Below, piece after piece: positions 1 to 23,106 of a stretch of DNA of 64,000 nucleotides. Where the stretch lies: assembly GCF_009914755.1 (NCBI RefSeq), contig NC_060925.1; one strand, given 5' to 3'. The translations under genes and the position numbers were made by a program. The stretch is from the human T2T-CHM13v2.0 reference genome, Homo sapiens. Below the pieces are notes generated by a model that did no database searches, was not told where the DNA came from, and worked only from the letters and a program-made list of their open reading frames with translations. Each line of letters starts with the position of its first letter. Position 1 is the first letter of the stretch.

Positions 1-5500
<5,500 letters not shown>

Positions 5501-5583
5501 GTTGACATCTTTTTAAACCAGATTAAGTTATTGGTGCTTCTTGTTCCCGACAGCAGTCCCAGCTATCTGACTTCATGTGAAAG

Positions 5584-5711
5584 ATGGCTAATGCAGAAGT
5601 GAGTGTCCCAGTGGGGGATGTGGTTGTGGTACCTACTGAAGGAAATGAAGGGGAGAATCCTGAAGACACTAAAACCCAAGTGATTTTGCAGTTACAGCCT
5701 GTGCAACAAGG
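5584..5711 (+). CDS. GMEB1: GMEB1 exon 2 (first coding exon): MANAEVSVPVGDVVVVPTEGNEGENPEDTKTQVILQLQPVQQG; exon begins 5554 (or 5557)
   Basis: ATG in strong Kozak context (aagATGg). Acceptor cccgacag|cag, donor GG|gtaagt at 5712. Confidence 0.97.
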
Positions 5712-6252
5712 GTAAGTGGCTAGAGATTTGGGTATTCTGAAGTATTTTGGGAAGCTTCAAGGGTGGGGAAATTATAACTTTATGGTTGCTTAGCACAATG
5801 GAACATTTAACATCAATCAGAGCTGGCTCAGTTTTCATCTGTATAATATACTGTATTGCGTGCTGTATTTGTCATTTTAATACTTATTACCAACAGTTAC
5901 TTGTTTCCTTGTATCTGCTTCTCTTCTCCACCTTGAGCTCCTTGAGGGTAAGTTGCATGGCTCCCTCATCTTATTTTATTATTATTTTTCTTGAGACAGA
6001 GTCTTACTCTGTCACCTAGGCTGGAATGCAGTGGTGCGATCATAGCTCACTGCAACCTCGAATTCCTGGGCTCAAAAGATCCTCCCACTTTAGCCTCCTG
6101 AATAGCTGGGAATATAGGCACATACCACTGCACCTGGCTGATTTTTCTTTTGTTCTTTTTTCTTTTTTTATTTTCATAACATATTTTATTTAACCCAATA
6201 TACCCAGCACATTATCATTTCATCATATACTCAATTTAAAAATTCCAGGCCT

Positions 6253-6850
<598 letters not shown>

Positions 6851-7146
6851 AATTCCAGTTCTAATCCCACTCTTACACAGTTATGAATCTTCAGCATAAC
6901 CATGAAGGCATGATTTACTTCAGAGTTCAAATGTTGACTTTTTTAGTTTTTGTAGAGATAGGGGTCTTGCTTTGTTGCTCAGTTTATCTGCACTATTTAC
7001 AGAGGCTCCTTATGTGTTTACCAAAAGACTGTGTAGCTAGAGTCAGAGGATATCAGGCAAGGCAACGACCATAAATTCTCTGAACCCCCATGGAGGGGAA
7101 ATTATCAAGCTGAGTCTAGCACCTACTACAATACAATGTATTATGA

Positions 7147-7380
<234 letters not shown>

Positions 7381-7820
7381 TGAGATCATGCCACTGCACT
7401 GCAGCAGTAGGTGACAGAGCAAGACTCTGTCTCAAAAAAGAAAGAATACAATAATGTAGACTTACCTTTTAAGCTCTAGTAAACATAATGATGATTCGTA
7501 GGGAATGTCAATATCTTATGATGCCTTAACGTTTTGAACATATTTCGTGACTTTTGACTATGGCCATAGTAGATATAGAGAATTAAGCTCAATCCATCAC
7601 TATCCTGAGTTACTTTAGATAATTTTTCCCTGATAAAAAATCTTGTTTACGGCCAGTCATAGTGGCTCACACCTGTAATCTCAGTACTTTGGGAGGCCGA
7701 GGTGGGCGGATCACGAGGTCAGGAGTTCGAGACCAGCATGACCAACATGGTGAAACCCTGTCTCTACTAAAAATACAAAAATTAGCTGGGCATGGTGGCG
7801 CATGTCTGTAATCCCAGCTA

Positions 7821-8095
<275 letters not shown>

Positions 8096-8377
8096 TGAGC
8101 CCAGGAGTTCAAAACCAGCCAGGGCAACATGGCGAGACCCTGTCTCTACAAAAAATTTAAAAATTAGCTAGGCTTGGTGGCTCACACCTGTAGTTCCAGC
8201 TACTCAGGAGGCTGAGCTGGGATGATCACCTGAGCCTAGGAGATTGAGGCTGCAGTGAGCTGTGATCATGCCACTGCACTGTAACCTGAGCAACAGAGTA
8301 AGACCGTGTGTCAAAAAAACAAAAAAAAGGCCGGGTATGGTAGCTCACACCTGTAATCCCTACACTTTGGGAGGCTA

Positions 8378-8626
<249 letters not shown>

Positions 8627-8744
8627 TTATTCATACATGAGAATGTATTCTTTTAAGAGATTTTTCACATAGTGGTCAACTTAGGATGAGTTTACCAGTC
8701 TTATTTGAAGCAGTGGTTTCTCATGTTTATCACAATCCTCATTC

Positions 8745-10400
<1,656 letters not shown>

Positions 10401-10833
10401 AGGCAGTGCTTTCAAGTAACAAGATGCAATAATTAGCACATCAGCTTTATTACAGAAATTAAATAAAGGATGTTGATTGTTGATATATCAAGTTACATTA
10501 TCTGAGCCCATAAATGTAGAGATATCTTGGAGAGATCTGCATTATATAACCTTCTCTAAGTGGTGCCTCTAGTCACTCCTAGTTACTTTGGATGTAGTTT
10601 CTCTCTTACTTTTCTTCCACTAGGCTTTGCTCGTGTCAATAGTTTGGTTATGGTACCTTAAAAGATGCTAAAATGCTAAAAACAAACAAACACCCCCCCA
10701 CCACCCACCACCCCCAGCAAAATACACCGTTTCCAGCAAGGGACATCAGCTTTTTAGTCAGCGTGGTTCTTCCTATCTCAAACTATCTGCTGGTACTACT
10801 TTTTAGTCTTTTCAGGGTAATTCCATAATATGA

Positions 10834-11320
<487 letters not shown>

Positions 11321-11340
11321 CATTTAAAGTTATGAAAGGA

Positions 11341-11643
<303 letters not shown>

Positions 11644-11659
11644 AAAGTTATGAAAGGAG

Positions 11660-11789
11660 TGGACATTTATTTTTATTCAGTTTTTTCTCAAGGTGAAGGT
11701 AACTGTTTGTAGATGTCCTAGAGAAATATTGTAGCTTTCTGTTCACCCTTTGCAACTAAAAAGCATGGACTGTTCCACTACTGAGATTT
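11660..11789 (+). ncRNA. Retroposed box H/ACA scaRNA copy, ACA12/SCARNA23-like U6 Psi40 guide (retrogene or pseudogene)
   Basis: 130 nt. 5' hairpin ggacattta...tagatgtcc; H box AGAGAA 11720-11725. 3' hairpin gtag...ctac whose pocket strands tttctg (11736-11741) and tgttcca (11771-11777) complement U6 on both sides of U40. AGA in the ACA-box position (11784-11786), 3 nt from the end. Short A tail and TSD aaagttatgaa(a/g)gga at 11644-11658 and 11797-11811. Confidence 0.85.
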
Positions 11790-12068
11790 AAAAAATAAAG
11801 TTATGAAGGGAAAAGTCTGGTGTAATACAGTAGCAAGTGGTGGTATAAATAAATAAGTAGCAAAAATTACTTTCCTTTGAGGTGAGGAGAGTTGTGGATT
11901 CATTTTCATGGTAGAAGCTGCTAAGCAATCCTGGGAGGTTTGGAGTTTAAATACAATGGGAAACTAGTCAGAGTTATAAAGTATATTTATTTTATTTCTT
12001 TTGAGATAGTTTGAAACAAATTTCTTAACCCCATGCTGTGAATATTAATTTTTTCATGATTTATGTAG

Positions 12069-12181
12069 TTTGTTTATCGATGGACACTTTTACAACAGGA
12101 TTTATGAAGCTGGGTCGGAGAACAACACGGCAGTTGTAGCAGTAGAAACTCACACGATACACAAAATTGAAGAAGGGATTG
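12069..12181 (+). CDS. GMEB1: GMEB1 exon 3: (LFIDGHFYNR)IYEAGSENNTAVVAVETHTIHKIEEGI; alternative start at 12099
   Basis: Two in-frame acceptors, atgtag|12069 and caacag|12099. Donor G|gtaagg at 12182. The frame continues exon 2. Confidence 0.96.
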
Positions 12182-12683
12182 GTAAGGGTTTTTTTGTGGT
12201 TTTTTTTTTTTTTTTTTTTGTCATTCTAATACCTTTGACTTTAGCTTCCTTGGTTGAGTTTTCTTGCCATCTGTGCCTTATGTTTTTCTCCCATCCCTGT
12301 GTGCCCTACCAGTACTACAGCCCTCGATTTTGATGGTGGTACATCTTGAGACACCACTGACTAAGATGCTAGGGTCGTCAGTTGGTTGGTTAATGTCAAT
12401 TTGGAAGGGTAACTGAAAAGACTTTTTGTCGATAAAAATCCCATATAGAAATTGGAGCCTCAAAGTTGATCCCTGTCATTAAATAAGTTGTTGATGATGA
12501 CTGATGAGGTATTGTCTAGAAGGCAGTCAGTGGAAAGAAACTGGAAAGAAACCGAAATTTAACAAACCTTAGTTTAAATCCCAATTTCTCATCTCTAAAT
12601 GTGTCCTTGGGAAAGTCAGTTAGCCTTTCTGAAGCCCATATACTTACATTTAACACCTAGGAAACAATTAATTAATTAATTTA

Positions 12684-12866
<183 letters not shown>

Positions 12867-13084
12867 TCAGGAGACTGAGGCAGGAGATCCCTTGAACCCG
12901 GGAGGCGGAGGTTGCAGTGAGCCGAGGTCACACCACTGCATTCCAGCCTGGGCAACAAGAGCGAGACATCATCCTAAAAAAAATAAATAAATAAAACCAC
13001 CTACACCAGGCGAGGTGACTCATGCCTGTAATCCCAGCACTTTGGGAGGCCAAGACAGGTGGATCAGTTGAGGTCAGGGGTTCA

Positions 13085-13336
<252 letters not shown>

Positions 13337-13579
13337 TCACAGGTTTGTTGTAAGAACTAAACAAGATTATGTGTGTAAAATACATAGTATGGTGTCTGGC
13401 ACACTGTGAGAGCTTGGGAAGAGATAGCTCTTAGGCCAAACTTCTTCCAGAGGATTCCTAAATGATACCAGCAAGAGTGAAGTATTAGTCCCTTAGAGGA
13501 ACCAGGAGACTAGAGATTTTGAATTTCAGCTTTGGGGAAGAGTTGTTTGATAAATAACTGATATTTTTTCTGTTTTCAG

Positions 13580-13704
13580 ATACAGGCACTATAGAAGCAA
13601 ATGAGGATATGGAAATTGCTTACCCCATAACTTGTGGGGAGAGCAAAGCCATCCTCCTCTGGAAGAAGTTTGTATGTCCAGGAATAAACGTGAAGTGTGT
13701 CAAG
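13580..13704 (+). CDS. GMEB1: GMEB1 exon 4: DTGTIEANEDMEIAYPITCGESKAILLWKKFVCPGINVKCVK (start of the SAND domain)
   Basis: Acceptor ttttcag|AT, donor AAG|gtaatt, 125 nt, frame consistent. Confidence 0.97.
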
Positions 13705-13800
13705 GTAATTGTCTTTTCCATGCTGAAGCCAAATTTGGGACTCCTTGTTCTCAAAGGGTGTGAGTTCCATGCATCCTTTTTATCTTCCACTATATCAGTT

Positions 13801-13843
<43 letters not shown>

Positions 13844-13846
13844 TTT
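13801..13846. repeat. (TTTA)n tetranucleotide microsatellite, about 11 units
   Basis: Read directly. Confidence 0.93.
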
Positions 13847-13862
13847 TGTGGCTATTGTCCTA

Positions 13863-14207
<345 letters not shown>

Positions 14208-14936
14208 TAGGCTGGAAAACCTTGCATCTTCAAAAAAAACTATTGGCTGGGTGAGGTGGCTCATGCCTGTAATCCCAGCACTTTGGGAGGCTGAGGTGAG
14301 TGGATCACCTGAGGTCAGGAGGTAGAGACCAGCCTGGACAACATAGTGAAACCCCATCTCTACTAAAAATACAAAAATTAGCTGGACGTGGTATTGGGCG
14401 CCTATAATTCCAGCTACTCCGGAGGCTAAGGCAGGAGAATCACTTGAACCCGGGGGCAGAGGTTGCAGTGAGTTGAGATTGCGCTGTTGCACTCCAGTCT
14501 AGGTGACAGAGTGAGACTCTGTCTCAAAAAAAAAAAAAATTATTAGATTGACTAGCCAAAAAAATACATGATTGATAAAAATAGAATTGCTTATTCTGTC
14601 TTCATTAGGGCTGGATAGATTATTTCAGTTTATTTGAACAGCCTTTGTTTGCCACACTAGACCTGATTCCAGGCATAAATGGATTTTAGATATTTATTAA
14701 TATATTTATCTCTGATCTCTGCATGTATTCTGTGGCTTTGTACCAGGAATTGAGACTATGCTCAGAGAAGGATCGTCTTCTCTAACACAATAGTACAGGA
14801 GGTTGGATAATACAAGGCTTAGGATGTCATCTGGGTATTTTTTATACAAATGATGTAGAGTTATCATTTCATTATTTCCCCTCTTGGCCTGCCTAAGTTG
14901 ACATTAGACTCTTTGGACTTTTCTTTTTACTTTTAG

Positions 14937-15040
14937 TTCAATGATCAGTTGATCAGCCCCAAGCACTTTGTTCATCTGGCTGGCAAGTCCACTCTGAAGG
15001 ACTGGAAGAGAGCTATTCGTCTGGGTGGGATCATGCTCAG
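14937..15040 (+). CDS. GMEB1: GMEB1 exon 5: FNDQLISPKHFVHLAGKSTLKDWKRAIRLGGIML (SAND core; KDWK at 14997-15008)
   Basis: Acceptor ttttag|TTC, donor AG|gtaagc. Contains the KDWK signature of SAND DNA-binding domains. Confidence 0.98.
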
Positions 15041-16127
15041 GTAAGCTCTAATGTCAAGCACATACCTTTCAACAAACTTTGGGGCACATAATCATGCTAG
15101 AATCTGGGCTTTTCTCTTTAGGTTGACATTTTTATTCTTTCTGAAGAATTGGCTTGAGCAATCCGTGCATTATTTGACTTTAATCAACTTAAAAATCCTG
15201 GGAGACAAGATTGATTTTTTTTTTTTTTTCTGAGATGGAGTCTCACTCTGTCGCTCAGGCTGGAGTGCAGTGGCATGATCTTGGCTCACTGCAACCTCCG
15301 CCTCCCGGGTTCAAGCAGTTCTCTGCCTCAGCCTCCCGAGTAGCTGGGATTACAGGTGCCCACCACCACGCCCGGCTAATTTTTTGTATTTTCAGTAGAG
15401 ACGGGGTTTCACCATGTTGGTCAGGCTGATCTTAAACTCGTGACCTCATGATCCACCCATCTCGGCCTCTCAAAATGCTGGGTTTACAGGCATGAACCAC
15501 CACGCCCAGCCTCTTGTTTGTTTGTTTTTGAGACAGAGTCTTGCCCTGTCACCCAGGCTGGAGTGCAGTGGCGCGACCTCGGCTCACTGCAACCTCCGCC
15601 TCCCGGGTTCAAGCAATTGTGGTTTTTAGTAGAGACGGGGTTTCACCATCTCGGCCAGGCTGGTCTTGAACTCCTGACCTCGTGATCCACCCACCTCCGC
15701 TTCCCAAAGTGCTAGGATTACAGGCGTGAGCCACTGTGCCCGGCCATTTAATTCTTTTTAACAGGGAAAACAAAAAAAGGATAACATTTTTAAAAAGAAA
15801 TAAAAAATTAAAAAATAAAAATAATTATTTTTAAGGAATCTCTTTCAAGAAAAATCCATAATGCTTGTAGAGATTCAAGCATAAAGATGTTTATTACATT
15901 ATTTATTAATGTAAAAATTATAGTCTGCTTTAATATATAGTCAAAAGACTTCTAAAGTCAATTATGGCTTGTGTAAATTTATATGAGTATATACTATGGA
16001 ATATTTTGCAGTCATTAAAATATTTCTGAAGAGATTTTACATGGAAAAATGCTTATGACAATTTGAAGGAAGAAAAATATAAAATTCATTAAACTGATTT
16101 TGGCTGTGTTAAGACATACATATGTAA

Positions 16128-16427
<300 letters not shown>

Positions 16428-16684
16428 TGATCCACCCGCCTTGGCCTCCCAAAGTGCTGAGATTATAGGCATGAGCCACCATGCCTGGCCTAAGATTTTT
16501 TAAAAAGAGCAATTGAAAAAAAAAAAGCCCATGTTCTGTCACTAAGGCTGGAGTGCATTGGCATGATCAGCCTCAATCTCCTCAGCTCAAGCAGCCCTCC
16601 AAAGTAGGTTGGACTACAGGTGTGAGCCAGTGTGGCCAGCTGAAAATGCTAAATATTTTCTTAACATAGGTTTTTTTTTTTTGA

Positions 16685-16894
<210 letters not shown>

Positions 16895-17184
16895 TGATCT
16901 GCCCACCTCAGCCTCCCAAAGTGTGGGGATTACAGGCGTGAGCCACCGTGGCCAGCCTTTTTTTTTTTTTTTTTTTTTGAGACAGAGTTTTGCTCTGTTG
17001 CCCAGGCTGAAGTGCAGTGGCATGATCTTGGCTCACTGCAATCTCCACCTCCTGGGTTCAAGTGATTCTCATGCCTCAGCCTCCTGATTAGCTGAGATTA
17101 CAGGTGCGCGCCACCACACCCACTTAATTTTCTTGTATTTTTAGTAGAGACAGGGTTTCACCATGTTGGCCAGGCTGGTATTGA

Positions 17185-17406
<222 letters not shown>

Positions 17407-17652
17407 TAGGAAAGATGGGGTTTCTCCATGTTGGTCAGGCTGGTCTCAAACTCCCAAGCTTAGGTGATCCACCCGCCTTGGCCTCCCAAAGTGCTGAGAT
17501 TACAAGTGTGAGCCACCATTCCCGGCCCACATCATTTTTTTAGTCAGAGACACAGAAACATTATTTGTGTTCTTTTTGTTTTTATTTAAAAAATTTTTAA
17601 ATTATTTTACTCCTGTACTTCCAACAAAACATTATTTTAAAAAAATTTTTTC

Positions 17653-18060
<408 letters not shown>

Positions 18061-18906
18061 TTTTTGAGACAGGGTCTAACTCTGTCACCCAGGCTGGAGT
18101 GCAGTGGCGTGATCTCAGCTTACTGCAACCTCAGCTTCCTGGCTCAAGTGATTCTTCAGCCTCATCCTCCCAATTAGCTGGGACTACAGGCCTCAGCTAC
18201 CATGCCTGGCTGATTTTTGTATTTTTTATAGAAATGTGGTTTCACCATGTTGGACACGCTGGTCTCAAACTCCTGAGTTCAAGTGATCCTCCTGCCTTGG
18301 CCTGCCAAAGTGCTGGGATTACAGGCGTGAATCACTGCACCTGGCTGAGGAATACCTTTAACTTTGAGTTTTGTTGTTCTTGGCGGGTTTTATTTACCCA
18401 GAAGGACAAGCATATGCCAATTTTCCCCAAATGTAAAAGAGTCAGGATACTAAAAAATCTTTAGTGAAAGCCAAATGACATTATAACATAGAATTTACTA
18501 TAATTAAAATACCCCATGGTTTTGCTCATGTCCTATAACGTTTTGTGGATCCAATTATAAGGACATTTTCCAGAGTGGGTTTAGTATAGTGAACTTTTTT
18601 CTGTATTCCTAGGAGAGTTTTTTAAAAGACTGAAACTTTATGTCTGTGAAAGTGGCACCAGATCTTGCTGCAATACTCATAATGAATAAACTACAGAGGG
18701 AGGAGGAATACTGGTAAATGTGGGCAGGACCAGTGAAAATTTAAAGCCCCAATTAGAATTTTTGCAACCTAATGACTTCTAACACTATTAGGTTTCACTA
18801 ATCTACACAGTAGGCTCAGCAGTGTTGTCCCTATTTTTCCCTGAGGCCTAGTTCCCACTAGATGAAGTATAGGCTGAACTGGTACTTCTTGTCTCCCTTT
18901 GCACAG

Positions 18907-19064
18907 GAAAATGATGGACTCCGGACAGATTGATTTTTACCAACATGACAAAGTTTGCTCCAATACCTGCAGAAGCACCAAATTTGATCTTCTGATCAGC
19001 AGTGCAAGAGCTCCAGTGCCAGGACAGCAGACAAGTGTGGTGCAGACACCCACTTCGGCTGATG
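18907..19064 (+). CDS. GMEB1: GMEB1 exon 6: RKMMDSGQIDFYQHDKVCSNTCRSTKFDLLISSARAPVPGQQTSVVQTPTSAD
   Basis: Acceptor tttgcacag|G, donor G|gtaggg, 158 nt. Ends the SAND domain and includes the H..C..C zinc-ligand cluster. Confidence 0.97.
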
Positions 19065-19135
19065 GTAGGGGGTAGGAAACCACCTGAAAACCCATTGTGT
19101 TTTTCAGCAGAACTTTCCCCCTTATTTCTCCCTTG

Positions 19136-19142
<7 letters not shown>

Positions 19143-19184
<42 letters not shown>
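19143..19184. repeat. (AT)21 microsatellite
   Basis: Read directly; starts about 80 nt after the exon 6 donor. Confidence 0.97.
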
Positions 19185-19188
<4 letters not shown>

Positions 19189-19211
19189 TTTTTTATTTTA
19201 ATTTTTTTTGA

Positions 19212-19316
<105 letters not shown>

Positions 19317-19764
19317 TGAGTAGCTGGGATTACAGGCATGCGCCACCACACCTGGCTAATTTTGTATTTTTAGTACAAACAGGGTTTCTCCATGTTGATC
19401 ATGCTGGTCTTGAACTCCCAACCTCAGGTGATCCGCCCACCTCGGCCTCCCGAAGTGCTGGGATTACAGGCATGAGCCACCATGCCTGTCCCCTTGCATA
19501 TTCTTAATTTCAATTCTCATGAACATTGATGTGCCTTGTTGTAAAGTATGGTAATCTTGGATGGGATTCCATGCTTTGGAAACATGCTTTGTTTTCTTCC
19601 AAATGATTCCTATTGGTCAGACCTCCTCCTTTGTTTTTTCCTTACAATGCATTGTAGGCATTAGAAAGGTAGTTCAGTAGTTACAATACTTACATAACAG
19701 TTTCACTTTGGTGCCACTTGGCATATTAAGGTTGAATTAGGCTGTTTTGAAAAATGCTCTGCAG

Positions 19765-21049
<1,285 letters not shown>

Positions 21050-21412
21050 TTATACTGAGGTGTATCAAAGACAATGTGATTGGCTGGACAGGACTCTGGA
21101 TACCCCACTGTAATGATTGGAGTTGTCTGCTTGGAGGGGCTCCTGATTACCAAGTTGAGGCTTCCCACAGATGAAACAGATGAGCACACTTAACTTCAGT
21201 ATTGTTGAGTTTGGTACTAAGGCTCCTTACCATCCAGGAAAGATGTAACTGTAAGATTATTATTAAGGATTTAGTTAGTCCAGCTGGAGACTTACTATAT
21301 AGTTGGATAAAATGTATCTCAACTACTGTTACAAGACTTACAAATATGCCTGAGAAAAGTCACAAGAATGCTAAAGGATCTAAAAGGTTAGGGACATACA
21401 CTGTGCTTGTAA

Positions 21413-21577
<165 letters not shown>

Positions 21578-22278
21578 TAATTTTTTGTATTTTTAGTAGA
21601 GACGGAGTTTCACCATGTTGGCTAGGCTGGTCTCAAACTCCTGACTTGAGGTGATCCACCCACCTCAGCCTCCCAAAGTGCTAGAGTTACAAATGTGAGC
21701 CACCATGCCTGGCCCTTTTTTGTTTTTTTTTTTCTTTTTTGCCTTGTCTTACGGTGCTGAAAAAATGACCTCTTAATGGCTGGGCATGGTGGGTCACACC
21801 TCTAATCCCAGCACTCTGGGAAGCTGAGGCAGGAGGATTTCTTGAGCCCAGGAGTTTGAGACCAGCCTTGGCATCTTGTCGAAAACCCATCTCTACAAAA
21901 AATAAAAAAATTAGCTGAGCATGGCGGTGTGGGCCTGTGGTCCCAGCTACTAAGGAGACTGAGGTGGGAAGATCACGTATCAGTGAGCTGTGATTGTGCC
22001 TCTGCACTCCAACCTAGGTGACAGGAGCGAGAGACCCTGTCTCAAAAAAAAAAAAAAAAAAAAAAAGATCTTGGCCGGGTGCAGCGGCCCACGCCTATAA
22101 TCGCAGCACTTTGGGAGGCTGAGGCAGGCGGATCATGAGGTCAGGAGTTTGAGACCAGCCTGACCAACGTGGTGAAACCCCATCTCTACTAAAAATATAA
22201 AAATTAGCTGGGCATGGCTGGGCGCGGTGGCTCACACCTGTAATCCCAGCACTTTGGGAGGCCGAGGCTGGCAGATCA

Positions 22279-22560
<282 letters not shown>

Positions 22561-22854
22561 TCAGAAGGATGAGGCAGGAGAATTGCTTGAACCTGGGACG
22601 CGGAGACTGCCGTGAGCCGAGATCATGCCACTGTACTTCAGCCTGGGCGACAAAGTGAGACTCTGTCTCAAAAAAAAAAAAAAAAGATCTTTTGGTCAGT
22701 TCTAATATTCTGTGTGTATCCAGTGGGTGAATAGAGGCCAGAATCCTTGAAACCTAAATCCCTTTCAGGAAAGTATAAAATATCTGGCGGTTTGAATATT
22801 TGGACACTTGACTCTTTCACTTGAAAAGTGAAAAATACTGTGAAATGCTATTTA

Positions 22855-23106
22855 CAGTTGGCCCTTGAACAATATGGGTTTGATTGGTGGGGGTCCACTT
22901 TTATGCAGCTTTTTTTTTCCCAACCAAACATGGATGGAAAATATGGTATTTGCAGGATGCAAAACCCGGGTCTATGAAGTGTTGAGTTTTACTTTTTGTA
23001 TATATGGGTTCCACGGGGCTGACTTTAGGACTTGAGCATGTACAGATTTGGTTATATATGCAGGTGGTCCAGGAATCAATCCCTCATGTATACTGAGGGA
23101 CAACTG
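22855..23106 (-). mobile_element. MER8-like Tigger MITE (TcMar DNA transposon)
   Basis: TA|CAGTTG...CAACTG|TA termini with TA TSD. Ends match the recalled MER8 consensus (cagttggcccttgaacaa; ggtccaggaatcaatccc..atactgagggacaactg). Confidence 0.8.

Noticed and set aside
13580-13585. Second CAG 6 nt into exon 4 as an alternative acceptor (would delete 2 aa)
   Set aside because: The first AG directly follows a strong pyrimidine tract; nothing in the sequence supports use of the second.
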